DNA of 64,000 nt from Bdellovibrionota bacterium (GTDB lineage: Bacteria > Bdellovibrionota > UBA1018 > CAIPTA01 > JAALKR01): positions 576,001 through 640,000 of the forward strand of contig CBDBMJ010000001.1 of the NCBI GenBank assembly GCA_965207455.1, read 5' to 3'. This document shows, piece after piece, positions 9,301 through 19,158 of this stretch; position 1 is the first letter of the stretch; every line of letters starts with the position of its first letter. Both the position numbers and the translations under genes were made by a program. Under the pieces are notes generated by a model that worked only from the letters and a program-made list of their open reading frames with translations, searched no databases and was not told the origin of the DNA.

Positions 9301-10476
9301 ATGGTAAAAAAATCATTAAGATGCGTATCCCTTTTTAGCGGAGGATTTGGTTTAGACATAGGTTTAGAGAAAGCTGGAATTTATTGCGATCTTGCTATTG
9401 AAATTGATCCTACCGCATGTAAAACAATTGAAATGAATAGGCCTGATATAGAGGTGTGGTGCAAAGATATTTCAGAACTTAAGGGTCGTGATATTTTAAA
9501 AGCACTTGGATGCAAAAAAGGTGAAGTAGATTTGATCGTAGGTGGACCACCATGTCAGTCATTTTCTACAGCGGGTAATCGAAAAACAGTCACCGATCCT
9601 AGAGGCTCTCTAATATTTCAATTTCTCAGAATTGTTGAAGAGGTGAAACCAAAAGCCTTTATAATGGAAAATGTAAGAGGGTTATTATCAGCGGTTAAAA
9701 ATTCAACAAGACTAATGCATGAATCAGGAAATGTATCCATTACTAGCGCTACTTTTTTGGGTTCCGTTGCAAGAGAATTAATCAATGAGTTCGCATTGCT
9801 TAATTATAGAGTAGATTACTACGCCGTAAATTCTGTAAATTATGGGGTTCCTCAATTAAGAGAACGAGCTTTATTTTTTGGTAATAGATTAGGTTTAAAG
9901 ACTGAATTTCCTCAACCCAATCATGGTTTAGAATTTACCAAGCCCTATCAAACAGTGAAACAAGCTTTAGCTGGCTTGAAAGAAAAAAACCCAGTCATTA
10001 TGGATTTCAGCCCTAGAAAGAAAAAATACTTGAGCATGATTCCTCCCGGAGAAAACTGGAGGACATTGCCTAATGAAATTGCAAAAGAATCTATGGGAAA
10101 AGCTTTTTATGCAAAGGGAGGGCGGTCAGGTTGGTGGAGAAGGCTTAGTTTTGATAGACCAAGTCCCACTATTGTAACCATGCCAAACCATGCTGGCACT
10201 TCTCTTTGTCACCCTATTGAAACTAGAGCACTTTCTGTGCGAGAATGCGCCTGCATCCAAGGTTTTCCCCGAAGTTGGAAATTTGCAGGTAGACCTAGTG
10301 AGCAATATAAACAGGTGGGGAATGCTGTGCCAATAAAACTGGGCGAGCTTTGTGGGAAAGCAATCTTGAAAGTTCTCGATGGAGTTGGTGCAATAGTGAA
10401 AAATGGCACAACCGAAGGTAAGGTACTAAAATCAACAGTGAGAACTAAGATCTACAAAGAGCGAAAATCGATATAA
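9301..10476 (+). CDS. DNA (cytosine-5) methyltransferase of a type II R-M system (ORF is open from 9247)
   Basis: SLFSGGFG (motif I), GGPPCQSFS (IV), MENVRG (VI), PQLRER (VIII) and YKQVGNAVP (X). ATG 9301 places motif I at the N-terminus. Confidence 0.95.
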   Translation: MVKKSLRCVSLFSGGFGLDIGLEKAGIYCDLAIEIDPTACKTIEMNRPDIEVWCKDISELKGRDILKALGCKKGEVDLIVGGPPCQSFSTAGNRKTVTDPRGSLIFQFLRIVEEVKPKAFIMENVRGLLSAVKNSTRLMHESGNVSITSATFLGSVARELINEFALLNYRVDYYAVNSVNYGVPQLRERALFFGNRLGLKTEFPQPNHGLEFTKPYQTVKQALAGLKEKNPVIMDFSPRKKKYLSMIPPGENWRTLPNEIAKESMGKAFYAKGGRSGWWRRLSFDRPSPTIVTMPNHAGTSLCHPIETRALSVRECACIQGFPRSWKFAGRPSEQYKQVGNAVPIKLGELCGKAILKVLDGVGAIVKNGTTEGKVLKSTVRTKIYKERKSI

Positions 10477-10494
10477 AGACGTAAAAAAAATACT

Positions 10495-11480
10495 ATGAGG
10501 AAGCAATATAAATTTTCAGAAGCATTTAATATCGAGCAAGTACTATCAAAACAAAAATGTGTTGATCTCATTAAAAAAGTGGATGCAGATGACAGATTAT
10601 CGACTAAGGTTGGGAAAATAGCATATGACTTGCGACAGAGATTTAGTTCCTCAACAACAGCACCACCTAAAATTGACGGTAAATCACTCAATCCATTTGT
10701 CTTGAGTATGATTTCATTTAAAAATAAGTTTAGTAAACCAACTGACTTAGTTCCAATTCTGCAATCCAGTAAGGAATTTTCTAGTTTTGAAACGTCTGCT
10801 GGAAAAATTATTGAAGATATTTTCCCCTTCCATTATGGATTTACAACAGAAGCAACAGCCAGTCATGATCCGTTTTCTGAAATAGATTGTATAAAAAAAG
10901 ATTCTCAATCAATAAAACTAATAGCGCTTAAAAGTGGACCTTCATGCATGAACGATACCATGGCTAATAAGATTGGTAGCGCAATTGCAGAATATAATCA
11001 TATATGGTTTGAACGATACAAGAAAACCATTTAACTTTTATAATTGGAATGAATTATAGCACAGCGAAATTATCTAATAAAAAGGATTGGCATGCTATCC
11101 GAATCGCTGAAGAGAAATTAAGATTTAACGGATATCATATCAAGAGCAGTTGTATTCGAAATAACAATATTGCAATTCCAAGCTTCACTGCTGAAAAGAA
11201 TAACAAGAAATTAGTTGTTCAAACACTCCAGGGTAAAAAATTATGGGAATTCATTACAGGATCAGAGATTGACTTTACTGTACTAATTCTCGCGCTGGCT
11301 AAAGCCTCGGTTGAAACTCCTAAATTATCTGATGCAAGTCTAGCAGTTTCCACTGGAGGGTTTTTAGAAACTATCGACTATAAATCCGTTACTCTTCCAG
11401 CGTTTGAAAATTTCAAGCATGAATTGATTCCTTGGTTTTTTCTTTATGTAAGACACTTTGTTGATCGGCTGGAACATTGA
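10495..11480 (+). pseudogene. Type II restriction endonuclease (PD-(D/E)xK, PmeII-like) split by a 1-nt frameshift
   Basis: ORF 10495-11034 has SSFETSAG...EID...LKSGP. Adding one A in gaaaacc (~11023-11026) joins it in frame to KKNHLTFIIGMNYS and ORF 11049-11480 (QGKKLWEFITG). Confidence 0.75.
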
Positions 11481-11485
11481 TACTG

Positions 11486-11610
11486 GACCTATACATGCGC
11501 TTATTGACATTTACCGTCCTAATTACGGACACCAGTCAATGAATATAGGCCATAGAAGGGGTTCTGTGCCAGCTTTTCTGGTACGGAAATTGCTTTTACA
11601 TGATTAAGAT
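11486..11610 (+). repeat. ~125-bp direct repeat, copy 2 (right of the R-M genes)
   Basis: Diverged copy of 9131-9257, starting 6 nt after the endonuclease stop codon. Confidence 0.92.
11579..11594 (+). promoter_or_regulatory. Sigma54 (-24/-12) promoter motif upstream of the small Lys-rich ORF
   Basis: TGGTACGGAAATTGCT, identical to 9226-9241. Confidence 0.65.
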
Positions 11611-11663
11611 GTTTACAGATGGTCCATTGATTTCATCTGTGTTAAGATAAATAAGGAGGAGAT

Positions 11664-11810
11664 ATGATGCAAGGCAAGAAAAAAGGAACAAAGAAAAAAA
11701 CTAAAAAAGTTAGAGCCAAAAAAAAGAAAAAAGATCACTGGGCTGATTTCAAGCCCTTAAGTCCCTTTTCTTTCTTTATTGCAGAAAGAGAACATTCCAG
11801 GTTAAAATAA
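11664..11810 (+). CDS. Small Lys-rich protein, 48 aa, copy 1 (not in the ORF track)
   Basis: RBS aaggagg, then MMQGKKKGTKKKTKKVRAKKKKKDHWADFKPLSPFSFFIAEREHSRLK*. A paralog at 12942 keeps the reading frame. Confidence 0.7.
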   Translation: MMQGKKKGTKKKTKKVRAKKKKKDHWADFKPLSPFSFFIAEREHSRLK

Positions 11811-11853
11811 CAGGTAATTAGTTAAAAAAAGTATTTATTTTTAACTGTGTTCT

Positions 11854-12873
11854 ATGAGTAATCCATTCCTTAATAAATATAAAACATGCATGTATGCAGA
11901 CAAACCATCTAAGGTTTTGCGAGCAGGAGATGTTATTACCCTTACTTTAGAGGATGTGAGTAGAATTGCTAGGCATCCCTCTATTCTTGAGGTATTTAAA
12001 CAGTATTCAGAAGATCTGCAATATCCACGGAATCTATGGGCAATATTAAATAAACCCTGCGATATGATTCATGATGGAGAAAATAAAAGATACTTCACAG
12101 CCAACTTATTTTTATCTCCACTCCAAGGGTTGAAAAATGTGTTGAAGCAGAAAACTGTCAAGGAAATTTTATTCCAACAAAAGAGAGCGATGGAATCTGT
12201 AAGAGAGACTTTTCATCAATACATTCAAAAAAATAAAAATACAATCCCCAGTTTCAAGGATACAGTGACATCCCTTTTATACTCTGTTGAGAGTGAAATA
12301 GAGTCATTGGAGACTCCAGAAGAAATATTAGATTATCTCATTAGTTATATAAATAAGAACAAGAAAAATAAACAGCAAGTTATTGACTTAGAATCTTTTA
12401 GAAATTCTTCTATTTGGAAGAAAAATCTTAAAAGACACAATCCTGTAAAAATAGATAAAAGTATAATCATACTTAAAGGGGATAAACCAAAGCCATTGGT
12501 TAATCTATTTCGCAATCAACTTGACTCCCAAGGAATTTTCTTCTATGAACCTCATAAAGATTTATCTAGCGTGGACCATGATTTGGCTTATGTGATACAA
12601 ATAGAGGATATGATAACTCTAAAAATAAAAAAAGAGTTTCAAAGGAATGGTGAGCTTCCGGAAATATTGATAAAAAATAGGAAGATATCCTTGTCAGAAA
12701 GTTTCTCAGATAGGCTTCTTAATATTATGGGTAATTATTTTTCAAGAATTGCAACAGATGATGTGAGTATTAGTGAGGTTACTGATTTATATAAGAAAAT
12801 CTATCCAGAAACTTTTTTTACCAGTGAAAAACAGTTTAACGAGGAGAAAGGGCAATTAAAAAGCCTAATTTAA
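11854..12873 (+). CDS. Hypothetical protein, 339 aa (possibly a PemK/MazF-like fold with a helical insertion)
   Basis: Long ORF with AGDVI...ILNKPCDM...FFYE...MGNYFSRIATDD. The fold guess is a weak inference. Confidence 0.7.
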   Translation: MSNPFLNKYKTCMYADKPSKVLRAGDVITLTLEDVSRIARHPSILEVFKQYSEDLQYPRNLWAILNKPCDMIHDGENKRYFTANLFLSPLQGLKNVLKQKTVKEILFQQKRAMESVRETFHQYIQKNKNTIPSFKDTVTSLLYSVESEIESLETPEEILDYLISYINKNKKNKQQVIDLESFRNSSIWKKNLKRHNPVKIDKSIIILKGDKPKPLVNLFRNQLDSQGIFFYEPHKDLSSVDHDLAYVIQIEDMITLKIKKEFQRNGELPEILIKNRKISLSESFSDRLLNIMGNYFSRIATDDVSISEVTDLYKKIYPETFFTSEKQFNEEKGQLKSLI

Positions 12874-12941
12874 TTTTTTTTGCCTATCATTTCAATGTAT
12901 GATACGAATTTTATTAAGATAGAAGGAGAAGGGAAGAGACC

Positions 12942-13103
12942 ATGAAGCGAAGCGTCGGAAGGAAAGTGGGAACAAAGAAAAAAACGGCTAAAAAACCTAG
13001 AGCCAAAAAAAAGAAAGAAGATTATTGGGCTGATTTCAAGCCCTTGAGTCCCTTTTCTTTCTTTATTGCAGAAAGAGAATATTCCAAGTCAAAATATAGA
13101 TAA
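12942..13103 (+). CDS. Small Lys-rich protein, 53 aa, copy 2 (not in the ORF track)
   Basis: MKRSVGRKVGTKKKTAKKPRAKKKKEDYWADFKPLSPFSFFIAEREYSKSKYR*, preceded by a purine-rich gaaggag...gggaagag leader. Confidence 0.7.
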   Translation: MKRSVGRKVGTKKKTAKKPRAKKKKEDYWADFKPLSPFSFFIAEREYSKSKYR

Positions 13104-13190
13104 TTAGTTGAAAAATAATTTGCATCAACTGAGGGTGTCATAAACGCAACTCTTAACTACACAATTTACTTTACAGGCCCACTATGTTCC

Positions 13191-13226
13191 ATGAATAATC
13201 CGTTCCTTAATAAATATAAATCCTGA
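13191..13226 (+). pseudogene. 11-codon stub duplicating the start of the 339-aa gene
   Basis: MNNPFLNKYKS* versus MSNPFLNKYKT. The upstream act(a/g)tgttc context is also shared. Confidence 0.75.
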
Positions 13227-13262
13227 CCTGTTCGAATATTGAGATTGCAATTACAGAATAGC

Positions 13263-15748
13263 TTACAGACGTATAGGAGTCCTTTCTTTAAGCTGAATTT
13301 TTTCCCTTATATCTGTATAAATATCTATATCTTCTTCTGTTTCTAAAGTAACAGCTAGGCTATATGGTATTGAAGAATTTATTTCAGGAGCATTTTCAGT
13401 ACAATTAATCTGAATGTTTATTTTTTCATCGTCAATAAATTCTGAAATTTTTGTTTTTGAAGATAATACTGAATGTTGAATTGTTCCGGCTCTTTTTTCT
13501 TGGTGTCCATCTACCTCTATCCCAGAATATTTGGGATTCCAAAACCCAGATATCTGGGGAGGTCTTTTTTTGAAGCCTTAGGAAAGCTTTCCTTTGCTTC
13601 ACCCCACTTGGCACTGTGAACTAAAAGCGTTTTTAGGACTACTGCATAGTTTCCATTAGGAATATTAAATTTATTTTTTTCTAACATTTCAAAAATTAAC
13701 CCTGCACTTCTAGATGCTAATGCATTGGCATTGCTGGTTCCTCTAGTGTAAGAATATTTGTTAGATGGTATGGCTACTTTTTGTCCCGGAGGTTTATTGG
13801 ATTTATTTATTTCATATTCTTTTTGGCTTGGACTACTATCTCTAACATTGTTATATAATTGTCGTCCTCCAGGGAGTAAAACATCTGGTTTTATAGAGTT
13901 TTTAAAACCATATCCTATTGATGATATGGGGGAGAGGGTGCCTTTACCGGAAGGCAAAATATCAATTCTATTGCCTATGTTAAATTCAGATACGTTATCT
14001 GTATGAGTGGCGCCAACCGTGATAGAGTTTATAGAGTCAGCAGGCATTATGATTTTTCGAAGTCGATGGTCACCCATTATTTTTTTAATTATTGATTTTG
14101 TTAAATCCTCATTTGTAGAATTATTATTTTCAATTTGTATATTATCTAAAAAATTACCAGCACTTACAAGAAAGAGAACTTTATATTTCCATGATAAGTA
14201 ATCTAAAAGCCTGCCTCCAGAGGTCATATTTTTATAAAACCATCTAGATTTATGCCCAACTGATAGATTAATAATTTTCACATTTGAGGCCATTGGAGGT
14301 ATGTCACCTGTTTCTTCAAACATTCTGCGAACAGACCGCTCAATTATATCTTCAAAAAATAAATCTGATGGAATTTCTTCTACATTCATGATTGGATGAT
14401 TTTTTAAAATTGGTCTGACATATATTTTTCGCTCTAAAGGTTTTTCTTCTATTTCTAAATCACCATTACAGATTAAAGAAGCCATGCTTGTTCCATGGAG
14501 TCTGGAGGTTGAGGGGTATGAGCTCTGAAAATCATCAGGGTCATCTATAGTTAGTTTTTCAGATAAAGCTTCATGATTTTGTAATGGAAGCCCGTCTAGC
14601 ATGGCTATAATAGGAGGTTTATTGTTTTTCTCTACACGATTAAAATCTCTGGCACTTGAAAAACCTCCTTGACTGTTAATATTTAAAGAATTTTGTCCAG
14701 ATGGTCTGAAAAATTTTATATTGTCATTTTTAAATAATTTATTAAATTGCCCATTCAAAGCAAGTTGAACCTCATTTGGAGGTAAGTTAACCTTGGCTAA
14801 ATGTATTTTGACATCATGTTTTTGATAAAATTTAACTTCTCCAACGTTGCCGCCTCGTTCTTGAACTATTTCTCTGATGTTTCTTTCAGCTATCTTTCTT
14901 TTCTCTTCATTTTCTTTGTACCAAAACTCCAATTCAAAGGAAATATTTTCGGTTTGAATTTTTGCATCATTTCTGAGATTTTGCAATATATTGCTTTCCT
15001 CTAATCTGTCATTTTCATTCCAATAGCGGATATTATGGAGGCAGTCGAAAACATCTCGCCATGGTGTTGTTCCTCTTTCAAAAACCCCGTTATTTTTATA
15101 TTTCCTCCATAATCTTAATAACTGTTCAATGCCATCTTGATTGCTCATACAAAGAAAAAGTTTGCCACGCAATGAAGTAGGGCACCCTTCTTTTTTAATT
15201 GCTTGCTTCAGAATTTTAATAATCTCTATTTCAGCGTGCTTTAATTTTTCAGGAATAAATTGGCTAAAATCACCCGGCGACTTCTTTTCATTCCAGAAAT
15301 ACTTTTTATTTTCTTGGTTCTCTAAAATGAAGTCATTGTTTTTCAAGCAGGCATAAATTTCCTTTAATTCGTCTGTTTTTTTAGTAATGTTTTCAGTTTT
15401 GAATAAATTAACTTTGATTGTATCTGTCTTGAAACCTATATTTTCTTCTATTTCAAAATCTTCAATCACTTGGTCTAAGCATTCAAGGCCAATTTTTTTG
15501 GCTGCAGCACTCAGATCTGTAATCTTTTCACCGAGGACCTCTAAAACAAGAACTTTTTCGATTGCTGAAATTTCAGATGGAGTGTTGGCAATAAATGCTT
15601 CATTCATAGAATTCATTTTTTTATTCAGGCGTTCCCATTGTTCACCTCTGTTTGGTTTGATGAAACCTTGAGAAATAGGGCGTAGGATTTTTTGTACTGA
15701 ACTTATATTTGGTTTGTTAAATAAAAGGAGAGGTCTATTTTCTGGCAT
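13263..15748 (-). pseudogene. S8 subtilisin-like protease (IetS-type) with internal deletion/frameshift at ~13520
   Basis: ORF 13517-15748 keeps the triad motifs IAMLDG, HGTSMAS and GTSNA but stops after GFGIPNILG. Another frame (13523->13263) encodes a family-like C-terminus: AGTIQHS...IPYSLAVTLE...DIYTDIREKIQLKERTPIRL*. Confidence 0.8.
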
Positions 15749-16700
15749 TTTTTTTACTGGAAGATTTTAATTGACTAAGTCTATCTGTGATAGTGCGTTT
15801 GGTTATTTTCCCTGATCTTAATAAGACAGATTGTCTATAAATATCTAAACAGAAATCTTCTATTTCAGAAAAGCTTAATTTATAAAGTTTTTCTGACAAA
15901 TGCTCAATATTATAATCAAAACCTAGATTTGTTTTTTCAATAAATTGACTTAAGAAAGGAATTATTTGTTTTTTCAAGGGCATTGAAAGTTCTAATTTTA
16001 ATTGAAAACGCCTCCATACTGCTTTATCTAAAAGTTCAGGATGGTTGGTTGCTGTGATAACAACAACATAACTAGGTAGTTTATCTATTTGAAGTAATAA
16101 TGAACTCACTACTCGCTTAATTTCTCCTGTTTCTTTTGAGTCGCCTCGTTCTTTAGCTAAGGTATCAAACTCATCAAAAAATAAAACACAGCTTCTTGTT
16201 TTGATATAGTCAAATAAACTTTGCAGTTTTGTTGCTGTTTCACCTAAATAACTTCCAATTAAATTTTCATACCTTACAGTAAACATAGGGATCATCAGTT
16301 CTGTGGCGATAGCTTCAGCTAAACTTGTTTTTCCATTTCCAGGAGGTCCGTCTAAAAGAATTCTATGCCTGGGTTCTAGCGAATAGGATTGAAGCAGTTC
16401 TGCTCTATGTTGCTCCTCAATTAATGCTTCGCATACAGTGAGATTGGTTTTGCTTAGAAAGAGGCTATCTAAATTTCTATTTGGAGTAGTTTCAAAAAAT
16501 AAATCGTCGCATTTATTTGCAGTGTTATAGAATGTTTTTTTAGCTCCGTTCTTTAAAATTTTGCGCAATTGGTCGGCCAAAACATGATGGTTTTTTGCTT
16601 GTTCCTCATTAATTAAAGCTTCAACGCTTTTCTTAAGTAGGGATATATCTCCAGAATAGCCAGATTTAACGATGCGCATGATTATGTCGGATTTTGCCAT
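15735..16700 (-). CDS. AAA+ ATPase (IetA-type), partner of the S8 protease
   Basis: GPPGNGKT Walker A, FFDEFD Walker B and ATNHPELLDKAVWRRF. Overlaps the protease start. Confidence 0.92.
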   Translation of the reverse strand: MAKSDIIMRIVKSGYSGDISLLKKSVEALINEEQAKNHHVLADQLRKILKNGAKKTFYNTANKCDDLFFETTPNRNLDSLFLSKTNLTVCEALIEEQHRAELLQSYSLEPRHRILLDGPPGNGKTSLAEAIATELMIPMFTVRYENLIGSYLGETATKLQSLFDYIKTRSCVLFFDEFDTLAKERGDSKETGEIKRVVSSLLLQIDKLPSYVVVITATNHPELLDKAVWRRFQLKLELSMPLKKQIIPFLSQFIEKTNLGFDYNIEHLSEKLYKLSFSEIEDFCLDIYRQSVLLRSGKITKRTITDRLSQLKSSSKKNARK

Positions 16701-16877
16701 TTAAGGTTCTCCGTTGCTGTAGTCATAATATTTTGCCAATACATTATTTATAATCTTATTTTGCTCTGCGCCTTAGTGTAATTTTACCTCAAAAAATAGA
16801 TATTGTTCTAAGCGATACCACAATTTCTTTTGTTAATATAATTCATTGAACTCGAATATCCAAGAGTATATTTTGCT

Positions 16878-17960
16878 TTAATTATGGCCCTTCCACTCCT
16901 TCAAAATCGACTGCACCGCACGTTTAGACGGCAGGGGTATGGTTAAGTTTTGGGTGGATTTCCAAGAGAACTCCTTGCCAACGCCATGGAATTTTTTTTG
17001 CAGGAATTTTTGTAAGGGCTTTTTATCTACAAAAAAGCAATCTACGGTGAAGTGAATTCGATGATGGGTGATAGTGCGCTTGCCCCTATACTCTCCAATT
17101 TTTTTCCATTGAGGCGAGGGAGAAATAGCTTTATCTTCTATCCACCACGGGAGATCCCATAACCCTTGCAGCCAAGACCCCTTGGGACGACGGTTAAGCA
17201 GAACCTCTAAACCCTTGCCACTCACACCCCTTTTGCCATAGAAAATAAGCATACTTCGAGCCACTAAATCCACCACCTTTGTTTTGGCTTTTTTTACAGG
17301 GATTTCGTTCAAAAGATTCTTATGTAAGCCTATACAATGTTTCGTAAGGGGACAGACCAGGCATTTAGGATTTTTTACGGAGCAAATACCAGAACTTATG
17401 TCCATCAAGGCTTGATTTATATCCCCTGGCTGGCCTTGCTCCACGAGCCTTTGGGCTAGATCAGAAACAGGCTTTGCCCCTTTGGCGATTTCTCTCCATC
17501 CCAATAACCGGGAGAGAACCCTTTCTAAATTACCGTCCACTGAGGCATAGGCCTGGTTAAAAGCCATGCTGGAAATAGCTGCTGCGGTATAGGGACCAAT
17601 CCCAGGCAACTCTACTAACTCTTCATAACTGTTGGGTAAACACCCTCCATGCTTATTTACAATAACCACCGCAGCCTTGCGGAGATTCTCAGCCCTAGAG
17701 TAATAACCTAAGCCCGTCCATAGGGTTCGTAAATTGTCCATGGAAGAATCAGCAAGCTGGTATACAGTGGGAAAGGCTTTTAAAAATCGCTCATAATAGG
17801 GCAGCACTGTCTCCACCCGCGTTTGCTGTAACATAATCTCTGAAATCCAAATGCGATAAGGGTCTTGGTTTTTCCGCCACGGGAGCGTGCGCTTTTCCCG
17901 TTGGTACCAATCCACTAAGATCGTATGTATGGCGTTAACTTTTTTTGACGAAAAACTCAT
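16878..17960 (-). CDS. mutY: A/G-specific adenine glycosylase
   Basis: LPWR, SEIMLQQT, GLGYYSRA, LPGIGPYTA, VDGN and the Cx6Cx2Cx5C FeS motif. Confidence 0.96.
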   Translation of the reverse strand: MSFSSKKVNAIHTILVDWYQREKRTLPWRKNQDPYRIWISEIMLQQTRVETVLPYYERFLKAFPTVYQLADSSMDNLRTLWTGLGYYSRAENLRKAAVVIVNKHGGCLPNSYEELVELPGIGPYTAAAISSMAFNQAYASVDGNLERVLSRLLGWREIAKGAKPVSDLAQRLVEQGQPGDINQALMDISSGICSVKNPKCLVCPLTKHCIGLHKNLLNEIPVKKAKTKVVDLVARSMLIFYGKRGVSGKGLEVLLNRRPKGSWLQGLWDLPWWIEDKAISPSPQWKKIGEYRGKRTITHHRIHFTVDCFFVDKKPLQKFLQKKFHGVGKEFSWKSTQNLTIPLPSKRAVQSILKEWKGHN

Positions 17961-17962
17961 TT

Positions 17963-19150
17963 CTATACTACTTTGTGTTTTTTTCCCACCTCTGTAAAAG
18001 CATCCACGGCACGATCGATTTGATCCGTCGTGTGAGCAGCTGAAATTTGTACGCGCACTCTGGCCTCTCCCTGTGGAACCACAGGATAGAAAAAACCCAC
18101 CACATAAATTCCCATCTTTAACAAATCCTGGGCAAAGACCTGAGAAAGCCGAGCCTCACCAAGCATAATAGGTATAACAGGATGATGACCACTCTTACTA
18201 GTAAAACCAGCTTCTTGTATGCGAGTACGAAAAAGCTTTGTATTGTCCCATAGTCGCTGTCGTAATTGCTTCCCTATGCTGGAATCGCCTACCATATCAA
18301 TGGCAGTTAAACTGGCCATGACCACGGGAGGAGTAATAGTATTGGAAAAAAGATAGGGCCTAGCCTTTTGCCTAAGCATGGCAATGACCTCATTACTAGC
18401 ACTCACAAAACCACCTGAGCTTCCTCCCAGCGCTTTTCCTAACGTGGAGGTAATAATATCCACACCGTCCAAGCCAAAAAACTCATGGGTGCCTCGCCCA
18501 TTTTCCCCCATAATTCCCGTGCAATGGGAGTCGTCCACCATTACCATGGCTTGGTACTTCTTTCCTAAGGCACAGATTTCTTTAAGGGGAGCAATCGTGC
18601 CGTCCATACTAAATGCACCGTCAGTTACAATAAGACGAAAGCGATGGTTCTTAGCCTCCTTGAGCTTGTTTTCTAAATCACTCATGTTGCGATTTTTATA
18701 GCGGTAGCGCTGAGCTTTACACAGACGTATGCCGTCGATAATGGAAGCGTGATTGAGAGAGTCGGAAATAATAGCATCCTCCTTATTCAACAAAGCCTCA
18801 AAAACACCTCCATTGGCATCAAAGCAAGAAGAGAAAAGGCAAGTATCCTCCATCCCTAAAAAATTGGAAATTTTCTTTTCCAACGATCGATGTATATCCT
18901 GAGTTCCACAAATAAAACGAACACTGGAAAGACCATAGCCGTATTGATCTAAGCCCCTATGGGCAGCCTCCACTAAGCTGGGATGATTGGAAAGCCCTAA
19001 ATAATTGTTGGAACAGAAATTTAATACCTTCCTGTTGTTTACACGAATTTCTCCACCCTGCGGGGACTGTATCTCCTGCTCTCTTTTATATAAACCCTGA
19101 GAATCTATTTCTTTTAATCTTGCATGGAGATGGTCTTTAAATAGTCGCAT
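17963..19150 (-). CDS. kbl: Glycine C-acetyltransferase (2-amino-3-ketobutyrate CoA ligase)
   Basis: [38 protein letters not shown] and RPYLFSN motifs. Confidence 0.97.
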   Translation of the reverse strand: MRLFKDHLHARLKEIDSQGLYKREQEIQSPQGGEIRVNNRKVLNFCSNNYLGLSNHPSLVEAAHRGLDQYGYGLSSVRFICGTQDIHRSLEKKISNFLGMEDTCLFSSCFDANGGVFEALLNKEDAIISDSLNHASIIDGIRLCKAQRYRYKNRNMSDLENKLKEAKNHRFRLIVTDGAFSMDGTIAPLKEICALGKKYQAMVMVDDSHCTGIMGENGRGTHEFFGLDGVDIITSTLGKALGGSSGGFVSASNEVIAMLRQKARPYLFSNTITPPVVMASLTAIDMVGDSSIGKQLRQRLWDNTKLFRTRIQEAGFTSKSGHHPVIPIMLGEARLSQVFAQDLLKMGIYVVGFFYPVVPQGEARVRVQISAAHTTDQIDRAVDAFTEVGKKHKVV

Positions 19151-19158
19151 TTTTAAGG

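Larger units (their letters stand above)
7205..16700. mobile_element. AT-rich defence/accessory island between uppP and mutY (no integrase visible)
   Basis: Visibly more AT-rich than its flanks. Contains only TA, R-M, IetAS and hypothetical genes plus internal direct repeats. Confidence 0.65.

Noticed and set aside
9131..11610. Integron attC sites or IS ends
   Set aside because: The repeats are direct, I see no attC core-site palindrome, and there is no integrase or transposase.
12899..12915. Third degenerate sigma54 motif (tgatacg-aatt-ttatt) before peptide copy 2
   Set aside because: Both invariant dinucleotides (GG and GC) are absent, so it could be chance in AT-rich DNA.
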